Shown here one piece after another: positions 1 through 9,100 of a stretch of DNA of 64,000 bases. The DNA comes from Pirellulales bacterium (lineage in GTDB: Bacteria > Planctomycetota > Planctomycetia > Pirellulales > PALSA-1355). The translations under genes were made by a program, and so were the position numbers. The DNA lies in the NCBI GenBank assembly GCA_035496575.1, contig DATJEN010000238.1, forward strand, positions 2,459 to 66,458, read 5' to 3'. The notes under the pieces are model-generated. The model did no database searches, had not been told where the DNA came from, and saw nothing but the letters and a program-made list of their open reading frames with translations. Numbering within the stretch: position 1 is the stretch's first letter; each line of letters opens with the position of its first letter.

Positions 1-278
1 GAGAAAAGCAAGGCCGATTCGCCCCCTTCCAACTCGGCCAGCTTGCGCTCGACCACTTTTTCGCTGGGGTTGCCGTAGCGGCCATACTCTTCGCGCGGCA
101 GCTTGTGTTCGATGAACTCGATCACCGAGTCCGTGTCGGGAAACGTATAGGTGGACGCGCAGAAGATCGGGTCGGTGATCGCGCTTGCGAATTTCTGGCG
201 ATCTTCGCCGCCGTGAACGGCCACGGTCGATAGGCCCAGCTGCGTGCCCGAGGCCGCTTTGTTTTGTTTGCTGGTCAT
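1..278 (-). CDS. PLP-dependent Cys/Met-metabolism enzyme (cystathionine gamma-synthase / beta-lyase / O-acylhomoserine sulfhydrylase family). Only the N-terminal 92 codons are present; the gene runs off the left edge.
   Basis: Translation from the ATG (cat at 276-278): MTSKQNKAASGTQLGLSTVAVHGGEDRQKFASAITDPIFCASTYTFPDTDSVIEFIEHKLPREEYGRYGNPSEKVVERKLAELEGGESALLF. The TVAVHGG...DPI..ASTYTF and YGRYGNPS...LAELEGGE blocks are conserved N-terminal blocks of this family. Confidence 0.8.
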   Translation of the reverse strand, partial: MTSKQNKAASGTQLGLSTVAVHGGEDRQKFASAITDPIFCASTYTFPDTDSVIEFIEHKLPREEYGRYGNPSEKVVERKLAELEGGESALLF

Positions 279-345
279 GAATGCCTCGCGTGTGCCTTTG
301 CTAAGGTGGTTCAGATTGTCGGTGGGCGACACGCGTGCAATCTGC

Positions 346-382
346 AAAAAAAAACCGCGACCCTGCCCCAAGGCAGTCGCGG
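346..382 (-). terminator. Intrinsic-terminator-like hairpin plus U9 inside the 5' leader of the Cys/Met PLP gene (candidate attenuator)
   Basis: The minus strand reads CCGCGAC-UGCC-UUGG-GGCA-GG-GUCGCGG (7 bp + 4 bp stem, 2-nt bulge, 4-nt loop) followed by nine U (plus-strand A-run 346-354). It lies 68 nt upstream of the ATG at 278. Confidence 0.6.
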
Positions 383-429
383 CTCACTTTGCAAGTTGAG
401 ATCGTTGGGCGAAAACTCGCCAAAACGAT

Positions 430-470
430 GGCACTTTAGCAGTCAGGCTGCAAGCGGCCGCAAATCCCAA
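430..470 (-). promoter_or_regulatory. Candidate ligand-sensing leader element (possibly SAM-II/SAM-V-like), upstream of the attenuator hairpin
   Basis: The minus strand reads GGGAUUUGCGGCCGCUUGCAGCCUGACUGCUAAAGUGCC. The GAUUU, UUGCA and GCUAAAG stretches resemble remembered SAM-II/V conserved positions. The context is a methionine/cysteine gene with a downstream terminator. No covariance model was run. Confidence 0.2.
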
Positions 471-934
471 GACGGCATTGTAGCCGTGGCCGAAGTGCGA
501 TGCAACAAGTCGATTGAAGGCGAAAAACGCCGCCGATCTGGCCCTCTCAGTCGCTTACCGATTCACCGCAGGAGCCCGGGGCAGCCAATGGTCTCGCCGG
601 CCGATCTGAGCCGGGCCTCACTGCGGCTTGCCCCTTGGCTTCGAAAGCGAAGTCTTGTCGACGGCAAACCCACCGGGCGGTTCCCCTGGCCGACCGGCTG
701 ATTCCTGGGAGGCCCCGTGACCTGGTTCGCCGCAATCGGCAACTAACAGGCATTTCTTTAGCCCGATTTGGCCCGCTGTTTGCAATTGCAACAGGCGGTT
801 GCCGTGCGCGCTCGTGGCACACAGCGTATCGCCTTTAGCGGGTGCGACAGCGCGGGAGTATGTCAGGCCGCGCGGATCAATAAATCCGCGCCGCCGGAAC
901 GAATAGTTTGCCCGAGCCGCACGTCCCGGAAAAT

Positions 935-962
935 TTGACTTCCACTAACTGACGGCTAGACT
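935..962 (+). promoter_or_regulatory. Sigma70-like promoter candidate for the DUF1573 gene
   Basis: TTGACT (935-940), 16-nt spacer, TAGACT (957-962). Confidence 0.3.
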
Positions 963-1096
963 CGAATATGTCCCGCCAAACAGCCTTGCAACGGCTATCC
1001 AAGGCCTGCCGCGTCGAGCGCGGCGTCCGCCTTTCAAACCTGCCATCGCCGCCGCAAACCGGCCGCGATCCTCACCTTCGTAATTGGGGAGTTGTC

Positions 1097-2092
1097 ATGT
1101 TGCGCACCGCTTTTGCCCTTGCGCTGTGCCTGTCGGCCAGCGTGGCCTCGGCCCAGCAATGGGCGGAGAAGATGTTCAGCGAACGAGCCTTCGACTTCGG
1201 CAGCGTCGCCAAAGCCGGCAAAGTCGAGCATCAGTTCGTGATTACCAATCTTTACAAAGACGACGTGCACATTGCCTCGGTGCGCTCGAGCTGCGGCTGC
1301 ACTCAGCCCCGCATCGGCAACAAAGACACACTTAAGTCTCACGAGCAGGGCGCGATCATCGCCGCCTTCAACACGCGCGCGTTCAGTGGCCAGCGTGGCG
1401 CGACGGTCACCGTGACCATCGACCGGCCCATGTACGCCGAAGTCACATTGAATGTGCGCGGCTACATCCGCACCGACGTGGTGCTCGACCCCAACCAGGT
1501 GAGCTTCGGCTCGGTGTCGGAAGGCAATTCCGCGCACAAGAAAGTCCGCATCGAATATGCCGGTCGCAACGACTGGAAGATCTTGGGAACAAAGATTGCG
1601 TCGCCCTATCTATCCGCCGACGTGAAGGAAATTGGCCGCAACGGCAACCGCACCAGCTATGAGCTGGATGTCGAGCTGAAGCCGGGCGCCCCGGCGGGCT
1701 ACCTGCAGAACCAGATTCTGGTCACCACCAACGATCGCCGCGGCACGGAGTTCCCCGTCAATGTTGAAGGCCTGATCGTGGCCGACCTGACCGTCAGCCC
1801 CACGGCCCTCATGCTCGGCACGCTGCAGCCCGGGCAAACCGTGACCAAGCAGCTCGTGGTCAAGGGTAGCAAGGACTTCAAGATCGTCGAAATTCGCTGT
1901 CACAACGACGCGTTCCGCTTCCAGCCGTCGGATGAAGCCAAGGCCGTGCACCTGGTGCCCATGACGTTCGAGGCCGGCGACAAGCTGGGCAACGTCAACG
2001 AAAAGATCGAGATTGTCACCGATCTGGGCGACCATAAGACAGTCGAGCTGACAGCCATGGGCCAGATCAGCGCTCCGCTGGCGGGCAAATAA
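1097..2092 (+). CDS. Secreted DUF1573 domain-containing protein
   Basis: The ATG at 1097 is preceded by GGGGA (1086-1090) and followed by signal peptide MLRTAFALALCLSASVASAQQ. It carries the DUF1573 hallmark FDFGSV...HQFVITN...V.SSCGCT. The ORF-track start at 968 would add 43 non-signal residues. Confidence 0.8.
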   Translation: MLRTAFALALCLSASVASAQQWAEKMFSERAFDFGSVAKAGKVEHQFVITNLYKDDVHIASVRSSCGCTQPRIGNKDTLKSHEQGAIIAAFNTRAFSGQRGATVTVTIDRPMYAEVTLNVRGYIRTDVVLDPNQVSFGSVSEGNSAHKKVRIEYAGRNDWKILGTKIASPYLSADVKEIGRNGNRTSYELDVELKPGAPAGYLQNQILVTTNDRRGTEFPVNVEGLIVADLTVSPTALMLGTLQPGQTVTKQLVVKGSKDFKIVEIRCHNDAFRFQPSDEAKAVHLVPMTFEAGDKLGNVNEKIEIVTDLGDHKTVELTAMGQISAPLAGK

Positions 2093-2123
2093 CGGCCTGA
2101 CACTTCAGGCGTTCGAAGTCAAA

Positions 2124-2157
2124 GTGGGTCGGCAAAGTCGCCGGCCCACTTTTTTTT
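2124..2157 (+). terminator. Rho-independent terminator after the DUF1573 gene
   Basis: GTGGGTCGGC (2124-2133) pairs with GCCGGCCCAC (2140-2149): 10 bp including one G-U pair, 6-nt loop, then T8 (2150-2157). Confidence 0.8.
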
Positions 2158-2191
2158 GCGCGCTAGCGACGTGGCGGAACAGTCCGTCCCC

Positions 2192-2437
2192 TCAATTCCA
2201 TCTGGCGTTCAGAAGTGGCTCAATGTCGTGTTGGAAGAAAACTCCCGCACACGATTTCACGTGAAGCGGGTTCTTTTTGAAGTGGTAACGGGCGGATGGG
2301 CGCATTTTCTGCTTGATTTTCGGATTCCGGCGGAAGAATTCGTCCGCCTTCTCGACGCCGCCAATCATCCGGTTTACGTGGCGAACAAACTCCTCCCAAA
2401 ACTTTTCTAAATCACGGTCATTTGATGTCTTCCCCAT
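2192..2437 (-). CDS. Hypothetical 81-aa protein in a low-GC patch
   Basis: The ATG (cat 2435-2437) is preceded by GAAAGGG. Sequence: MGKTSNDRDLEKFWEEFVRHVNRMIGGVEKADEFFRRNPKIKQKMRPSARYHFKKNPLHVKSCAGVFFQHDIEPLLNARWN. I recognise no family. A mirror ORF exists on the plus strand (2156-2410), so the strand choice is uncertain. Confidence 0.35.
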   Translation of the reverse strand: MGKTSNDRDLEKFWEEFVRHVNRMIGGVEKADEFFRRNPKIKQKMRPSARYHFKKNPLHVKSCAGVFFQHDIEPLLNARWN

Positions 2438-2996
2438 TTCGGCCCTTTCTGCGTTTGGAGGAGCCCGACGGACATCGAGCGCGCTACCGCAAAACAAAAT
2501 AGATTGCGACTACGATGAACATTGCACTGAATACTATTGCCATCCGTAGCCGTGATGCTGATGGATTTAGCTGCTGAGTCCCTCGCGTCTCGCAGGTGGA
2601 ACCGGCAAGGCTCGTCGGCACGTCCAACCCTTGTGCGAGCAACACGTTCAGCGCGACTTCATCGAGATCGTCTCGCATATGCGAAACAATACCATAACCG
2701 TTCTGAGGCAAAGCCTTACTGATCCGTAGTCTCGAGTTCGAGTCCCCGACAGGCTCGTCTTGCTTTCTCGCGACATGGGCGCTTTCACGCCAAAGCGCGC
2801 TCGGGCGTAGAGTGTGCCGGTTGTGCGGCGCAGGCCCACCGCCCGGCTGGTTCTCTCCGGGCAGCATCGTTCCAGTTGGGAAAGCTCTGCGGTCAAGCCG
2901 GCCCACGTTTCACGCTTGCTGCGCCAACGTCCGAACTTTTATGCAAGGTGCTCATAGTTGCTACCGGACCGTTCCGGCATTTTGGAGACAAAAACC

Positions 2997-3248
2997 ATGC
3001 GACTGAATCATGCGGGCGAACCAGCTCCGCGAGTTCGAGCGACCTTGTATTTGTCCGCCGACGTCCTGGACGAGGCACGCAACGCGGCAGTATTCCTGGC
3101 GGGATATCCTGCGCGGCTGACGCTCGCCAAGCTGGCGGATAATGCGTTGCGACACGAGCTCGACGCGCTCAAGCAGCGCTACAACGGCGGGAGAGACTTT
3201 CCGGATCGATCCGAAGACCTGAGAGGTGGGCGGCCTATCGCCGCCTAG
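2997..3248 (+). CDS. Ribbon-helix-helix DNA-binding protein (CopG/Arc/ParG-like), orphan
   Basis: The ATG at 2997 is preceded by GGAGA (2984-2988). The sequence fits a beta-strand RVRATLYLS, helix ADVLDEARNAAVFL and helix LTLAKLADNALRHELDALKQRY, with a C-terminal NGG..FP....LRGGRPI tail as in actinobacterial ParG/centromere-binding RHH proteins. Confidence 0.6.
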   Translation: MRLNHAGEPAPRVRATLYLSADVLDEARNAAVFLAGYPARLTLAKLADNALRHELDALKQRYNGGRDFPDRSEDLRGGRPIAA

Positions 3249-3259
3249 ACAGATGCGCC

Positions 3260-3385
3260 ATGACCCGTCTCAGCACGAACTCAGTCAAACCTGACGACCG
3301 CGAACAGTTGCGTCGCGAACTTCTGAAGTTGATCGTCAAAAGCGAGGCATTGCGACGCGATTCGCAAAAGGCCAACAGCAAGTGA
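3260..3385 (+). CDS. Possible 41-aa charged/coiled-coil micro-ORF
   Basis: MTRLSTNSVKPDDREQLRRELLKLIVKSEALRRDSQKANSK. Its TGA (3383-3385) overlaps the GTG start (3382-3384) of the protease gene as GTGA. No clear SD. Confidence 0.2.
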   Translation: MTRLSTNSVKPDDREQLRRELLKLIVKSEALRRDSQKANSK

Positions 3386-4368
3386 AGGCGACTTACGCGC
3401 TAGCAGTCCTTGTTGCCAGTGCAGCCACCCTTTTTGGCCAGCAACCATCGGCGGCCGCGCGGGCTTCGCCGGCGACGTCGCTCGCGGCGATTCATCCGGC
3501 GGTTGCGCGAATTGTGGCGCCCGGCAACGGCAGCATCTCGTACGGTTCAGGAACGCTGGTGCATGTGACCGACCAGGCCGGCCTGGTGATCACGAACTGG
3601 CACGTGGTTAACGAAGCCACGGCGCCTATCTCGGTTCACTTTCCTGATGGATTTTATTCGCTAGGCCGCGTCGAGCAGGTCGATCGGGATTGGGACCTGG
3701 CAATCATCTCCATTCGCAAACCGAACGCACAACCTGTCGCACTCGCCAACGAGGCGCCGCGACCGGGAGATGTGCTAACGATCGCCGGCTATGGGTCCGG
3801 TCAGTATCGAGCTGCAAGCGGCCGCTGCACGCAATACGTCGCCCCGGGGACGAAGTTTCCTTTTGAAATGGTCGAGGTTGCCGTGTCCGCGCGGCAGGGC
3901 GACTCGGGCGGTCCGATTTTCAACGAACAAGGCCAACTGGCCGGCGTGCTGTTTGGCGAGGGGCATGGCCGCACGTCGGGCAGCTACTGTGGCCGAGTGC
4001 GCTGGTTCTTGACAAGCGTTCTGCATACGGAGCCGACGGCGGTCATCGCCGAGGCCCCGCTTCGGCAGCTTCCGGCGCGCACTTCGGAACTTGATCCGCT
4101 GGCGCCCGCTGCCGTCGCGCTGGCGCCTTCGTTCAATCAGGCCGCGGGACCAGCGCCCGCTATTTCAAGCTTGTCAGAACCTCCAACGGCTTCGGTGAGC
4201 GCGGCCGTCGATCCCACTCAGCAGGATTTATTTGCCAACATGAGCTGGGAGGACATCGCCGGCCACACACTCGGCGAGCAGATCAAATCCGTGCTCGCCG
4301 GCGTCGGCGTCCTTGCAGTGATTCTGCAGGTTCTGCATTTCGCCAGCCGCGAAACCGCCAAGCGCTGA
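3382..4368 (+). CDS. Trypsin-like (S1/S1C-type) serine peptidase with signal peptide and C-terminal membrane anchor
   Basis: Catalytic triad context: GLVITNWHVV (His), DWDLAIISI (Asp), GDSGGPIF (Ser). N-terminal MKATYALAVLVASAATLFG. C-terminal hydrophobic VLAGVGVLAVILQVLHF. Confidence 0.85.
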   Translation: MKATYALAVLVASAATLFGQQPSAAARASPATSLAAIHPAVARIVAPGNGSISYGSGTLVHVTDQAGLVITNWHVVNEATAPISVHFPDGFYSLGRVEQVDRDWDLAIISIRKPNAQPVALANEAPRPGDVLTIAGYGSGQYRAASGRCTQYVAPGTKFPFEMVEVAVSARQGDSGGPIFNEQGQLAGVLFGEGHGRTSGSYCGRVRWFLTSVLHTEPTAVIAEAPLRQLPARTSELDPLAPAAVALAPSFNQAAGPAPAISSLSEPPTASVSAAVDPTQQDLFANMSWEDIAGHTLGEQIKSVLAGVGVLAVILQVLHFASRETAKR

Positions 4369-4466
4369 CGCGATTGTCCCACGCAATGCCCCGTGGAATA
4401 ATGCCCGAACTTGCACTCGTTTGCAGGGCAGCCTACCATCAATATGGGGTTCTGGAGATTACAAGC

Positions 4467-4838
4467 ATGCGGGAATGCCGGTTCATTGCCGGAGTGCTGG
4501 TGTTGGTCGTGCTCGCGCGCGGGATTGAATGTCTGCGCACGGACCTCGACTTGTGCGCTCACGCGCTGGCCCGTTCGCCGGCCACCCCGCTCGAAGATCC
4601 CACCGATCACGACCCCAACGAGTCGGGCTGCCTGTGCAAGGGCGCAGTCGCCGTGCCCGCGTGTGAGCTATCGCATGGGCGTTCGTTCGAACAGAGCGGG
4701 ACTCTTGCCCCGCATGGCCACTGCGCGAGCGTTCTGTGGACAAGCTCGACGGAGCATGCCGGACTGATCGAGACGAACCTGCCACCGCCGATTGGCTCGG
4801 CCTCTTTGCGCGCGCTACTCTCGGTGTGGCGCATCTGA
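4467..4838 (+). CDS. Hypothetical membrane-anchored Cys/His-rich protein upstream of the RND pump
   Basis: The ATG at 4467 is preceded by GGAGA (4454-4458). It has one N-terminal TM segment (FIAGVLVLVVLA), then HDPNESGCLCKGAVAVPACELSHG and HGHC. No family recognised. Confidence 0.5.
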   Translation: MRECRFIAGVLVLVVLARGIECLRTDLDLCAHALARSPATPLEDPTDHDPNESGCLCKGAVAVPACELSHGRSFEQSGTLAPHGHCASVLWTSSTEHAGLIETNLPPPIGSASLRALLSVWRI

Positions 4839-4932
4839 AATCCGGCCCCGTACGTTTGCGCTTGGCGCGCACGGCTGATGTTGTGCGCGGCGGGCTCGTT
4901 TTCTTCCATCGGGCCGCTCTGGATCTATTGCA

Positions 4933-6168
4933 ATGAGTTCTCCATTGGTTGCACAAGTTCGGCACTCGCGAGTTCTGTGGGGGATCGGCGTTTTGGTTCT
5001 CGCGGCGCCCCTGCTGGCCTGGGGTGTGGCGGAGCGCGAGCGTCTGTTGGCCCTTTACGCTGAAAAGCCGACCGCTGCAGAGGACAACCCGCCCCAGGTG
5101 GACCCGCCCGCGGCCGCCACGGTACGCGTCGACAGCCGTGCCGTTCAAGCGGCAGGCATCGAAATCGAGTCGGTGCGCGTGCTGCCCATGGAGAACACCA
5201 TTTCGTGTCCTGGCGGCGCTGCCTTCAATGCCAACCGCTATGTCGAGGTTCCACCGAAGGCCGATGGCAGCGTGCGCAGGGTGCTGGTGGACGTGGGCCA
5301 GCAAGTCAAGAAAGGTGACGTGCTTGCGGTCGTGAGCTCCGACCCGGTCGGCGAGCTCAAGGCATCGTATCTCAAAGCGCTCGTCCACGAGGAACATCTC
5401 GACTGGCAAGTCGATAGTCTCAAGGCCGCCGGCCAGGGCATTCCCGCCAAAGCGCTGTTTGAGGCCGAACACTTATTAAAGGAGCAAAAAACGGATACCA
5501 AGCGAATTTGGCATCGCTTGCGGTATTTCGGACTGTCGGACCTAGACCTTAAACAGATCGTCGATTCACAAGATCCCAGCGCCGATTTGAACGTGCTCTC
5601 GCCCATCGATGGCACCGTCGTGAGTCGCAAGGCGGTGGAAGGCGAGCCGGTGCAGGCCACGAGTCCCCTGTTTTCGGTGGCGCAACTGGCCAAGATTTGG
5701 GTCAATTTGAAATGCTACGAGAATCAGTTGGCGGCCATCCGGCTAGGACAGCCCGTCACGTTCTTTCCCGACGGACTGCCGGGCCATGGCTTTTCGGGCG
5801 CGATCACCTGGATCAGCGCCGAGCTCAACCCGCAGACGCGCACCGTGCAGCTTCGAGCCGAGGTGGACAACCCGTCCGGGCTGCTGAAGGCCAATATGTA
5901 TGGCCGCGCGCAGATCACGCTTGATCAACCCCAGGAACGGCTGGCGGTACCGCAAGCTGCCGTGCAAATGCATGGCGGCGGACATTACGTCTTCGTCCAG
6001 GAAGGACAGGATACGTTTCGCGCCCGCCCCATCCAGCTTGGGCAGCGAAAAGCCGATGTGTGGGAAGTCACCTCGGGCCTGAGTGCCGGAGAGAAAGTCG
6101 CGACGGTGGGCAGCTTTCTGCTGAAATCGAACTTGGAAAATCCAGAATTCGGAAACGAGATCGAATAG
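4933..6168 (+). CDS. Efflux RND transporter periplasmic adaptor (membrane-fusion protein, CzcB/HlyD-like)
   Basis: N-terminal TM segment, lipoyl-like motif VLVDVGQQVKKGDVLAVV ... LSPIDGTVVSRKAVEGEPV, and beta-barrel/MP-domain-like C-terminus. It sits directly upstream of the RND permease. Confidence 0.85.
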   Translation: MSSPLVAQVRHSRVLWGIGVLVLAAPLLAWGVAERERLLALYAEKPTAAEDNPPQVDPPAAATVRVDSRAVQAAGIEIESVRVLPMENTISCPGGAAFNANRYVEVPPKADGSVRRVLVDVGQQVKKGDVLAVVSSDPVGELKASYLKALVHEEHLDWQVDSLKAAGQGIPAKALFEAEHLLKEQKTDTKRIWHRLRYFGLSDLDLKQIVDSQDPSADLNVLSPIDGTVVSRKAVEGEPVQATSPLFSVAQLAKIWVNLKCYENQLAAIRLGQPVTFFPDGLPGHGFSGAITWISAELNPQTRTVQLRAEVDNPSGLLKANMYGRAQITLDQPQERLAVPQAAVQMHGGGHYVFVQEGQDTFRARPIQLGQRKADVWEVTSGLSAGEKVATVGSFLLKSNLENPEFGNEIE

Positions 6169-6176
6169 GCGGATTC

Positions 6177-9100
6177 ATGCTCGATCGAATCATCAAATTC
6201 AGTCTCGAACAACGGCTGCTAATGCTGGCGCTGGCCGGCGTGCTCGTGATCAGCGGCATCTCGGCCTTCAGACAACTGCCGATCGACGCCTTCCCGGATA
6301 CCACGCCGGTGATGGTGCAGGTCAACACGACAGCGCCCGCCCTCACGCCAGCCGATATCGAAGTGCAAATCACCTATCCGCTGGAACAGGTGATTGCCGG
6401 CTTGCCGGGCCTGCGAGAGGTTCGCTCGATTTCCAAAACCGGATTGTCGCAAGTGACCGCCGTGTTCGAGTCGGGCATGGATATTCTGCGCGCCAGGCAG
6501 CTTGTCAGCGAACGCATCGGCGAGGTCGAGCTTCCCGAGGCAGCCGGCGTGGATAAGCCGCACTTAGGCCCGATCGCGACCGGGCTGGGCGAGGTTTATC
6601 ACTATTTGCTCACGAGCGAACGACACGACCTGACCGAGCTGCGCACGATCCACCAGTGGATCGTCAAAGCGCAACTCCGCACCGTGCCCGGGGTGGCCGA
6701 AGTGAACACCTGGGGCGGGTTCGAAAAACAGTACCACGTCCTGTTCGATCCCGTGCTGCTCGTCAAATACGACCTCAAACTGGAAAACGTTGTCGCGGCG
6801 CTCAAAGCCAACAACGCCAATGTCGGCGGGGGCAGCATCGCGCGAGCGGGCGAGACCCAGCTCGTGCAAGGCGTTGGCCGCCTGACTTCACTCGCGGATA
6901 TTTCGGGCGTGGTGCTCAAGGAGTTCGAAGGCCATGCGGTCCGCGTCAGCGACGTCGCGGACGTGGAGATCGATCATGAAATCCCGTCCGGGGCCGTTAC
7001 GGCGCAGGGGCGCGGTCCGGTGATCTTGGGCATGGGCTTCATGCTGATGGGCGAAAACAGCCGGCAGATCACCGAGCGCTTGCGCGCGAAGATGGAAGAG
7101 GTCCGCCAGGCATTGCCCGAGGGAGTGCACATCCAAGAAGTGCTCGCGCGCACGGATTTGGTGGACGAGGTGCTGGCGACCGCGCGGCACAATCTGAGCC
7201 TGGGAGCGATCCTGGTCGTGGCGGCGCTGTTCGCGCTGGGTGGCGGATTGCGGGCGGGCTTGATCGTCGCCACCGCCATCCCTCTCTCGCTGTTGTTCGC
7301 CGGCAACTTGATGCTGCAGGTAGGAATCGCAGGCACCCTGATGAGCTTGGGCGCGATCGATTTCGGCATCATTGTCGATAGCTCGGTGATCATGGTGGAA
7401 AACTCGGTGCGACACCTCGCGGGAAACCGCGAGAACCGGCCAACGATCGACGTGGTGCGCGAGGCGTGCGTCGAAGTGCGCAAACCCACCATGTTCGGCG
7501 AGCTGATCATCATGATCGTGTACCTGCCGATCCTGACGCTCGAGGGCATCGAAGGCAAACTGTTCCGTCCCATGGCACTGACGGTGCTCTTTGCCCTCGC
7601 CGGGTCGCTCGTGCTTTCGTTGACCTTGATGCCAGCCATGGCCGGTTTGTTTCTGCCCCGGCAAATGCCGGAAAAGGAACCGCTGCTGGTGCGGCTGGCG
7701 CAGCGTTTGTATCGCCCGGTGTTGCGATTCACGCTGGCCCACCGCGGCTTCGTGTTGATGGCGGCGGTTGCGCTGACCTTGGCGGCACTCGCGCTAGCGC
7801 CACAACTGGGCACCGAGTTCATCCCGCGCTTGAACGAAGGATCGATCGTGATCGCCACGCAGCGGTTGGCCAGCGTGTCGCTCGAAGAATCGGTGCGCTA
7901 CGGAACCCAGCTCGAGAAACTGCTTTTGGCCGAGTACCCCGACGAAGTCAAAGACATCTGGACCCGAACGGGCACGGCGGAAGTGGCGACCGACCCCATG
8001 GGACTCGATCAGAGCGACGTTTTCATCACGCTGCACCCGCGCGAGCAGTGGAGCCGGGCCAAGACTCAAGATGAGCTGGTCGTGCGCATGAAGGAAACGG
8101 TGCGCGGTATGCCAGGCATGGCGTTGTTGTTCACGCAGCCCATCGAACAGCGCATCAACGAGATGATCGCCGGGATCCGTGCGGATTTGGGCATCAAGGT
8201 CTTCGGCGAAGATTTCGACAAGCTGACCGAATACACCGAACAAGTCGCGCGCACGGTTGCCGAGATCGACGGCGCCCGGGACGTCGTGCCGGATCAACTG
8301 ACCCATGCGGCCGTGGTGCGGGTCACGGTCGACAACGATGCGTTGTCGCGGTACGGCATCCCGCGGCACGAGGTGCTCGACTTCGTGGCCGCGCTTGGGA
8401 CGCCCCGCGTGGGCGAAGTGTACGAGGGGCAGCGGCGGTTTCGCCTGGTCGTACGGCTGGCCGAGAAATATCGCCGCGACGCCGAGGGATTGGGGCAGTT
8501 GATCGTTCCGGCCACCAATGGCGTGCAGCTTCCGCTCGAGCGGCTGGCCACGATCGAACTTGCCTCGATGCCGACGGTCATCTCGCGCGAGTGGGCCAAG
8601 CGCCGCATGCTCGTGCAATGCAATATCCGCGGCCGCGACACGGGATCGTTTGTCGCCGAGGCTAAACGGCGAGTTGCTGAGTTGAGCAAGAATTGGCCCG
8701 TTGGTTACCACGTGACATGGGGCGGCCAGTTCGAACATATGCAGCGTGGCTATCAGCGGCTGATGATTGTGGTGCCGCTGGCGGGGCTGCTCATTTTCTT
8801 GCTGCTGTACGCCACCTTCTACAGCATGCGCGACGCGATTCTGATTTTTAGCGGCGTGCCATTCGCGGTGGTTGGCGGCATCGTGGCCCTGTGGGCGGGC
8901 GGCCTGCCCTTTTCGATTTCGGCCGCCGTTGGCTTCGTAGCCTTGTTTGGGATTGCCGTGCTCAACGCGCTCGTGCTCGTGTCGTACGTTCACTCGCTGA
9001 CCGCCAAGGGCCGACCCCTGAACGAGGCGGTCCTCGAAGCCGGTCTCGTGCGGATGCGGCCCGTGCTCATGACCTCGGCCACGGCCGCGCTCGGATTTGT

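Noticed and set aside
264-838. Three overlapping track ORFs (264-701 +, 547-822 -, 635-838 +) in the long intergenic region
   Set aside because: The translations are Arg/Pro/Gly/Ser-rich and look like GC-driven noise. None has an SD or a recognisable motif, and they overlap each other and the attenuator hairpin. I treat the region as non-coding leader or regulatory sequence.
968-1096. 43-codon N-terminal extension of the DUF1573 ORF (ATG 968), which would start about 6 nt after the TAGACT -10 box (leaderless reading)
   Set aside because: A clean signal peptide begins at Met44 (ATG 1097) and is preceded by GGGGA. The extension is Arg-rich and would bury the signal peptide.
2156-2410. Plus-strand 84-aa ORF mirroring the 2192-2437 minus-strand ORF
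   Set aside because: Its TTG start lies inside the T-run of the upstream terminator, with no room for a promoter or SD, and it has no internal ATG. The minus-strand ORF has an ATG and a GAAAGGG. The strand choice remains low-confidence.
2736-2749. GTTCGAGTCCCCGA, a 14-nt identity to the T-arm of the tRNA-Leu at 19787-19868 (possible tRNA remnant or att site; tmRNA or RNase P RNA also considered for 2540-2910)
   Set aside because: No complementary T-stem, acceptor stem or anticodon arm can be built around it. It lies upstream of the intact tRNA, not downstream as an att duplication would. The match is confined to the most conserved tRNA motif. I found no tmRNA or RNase P signature sequences.
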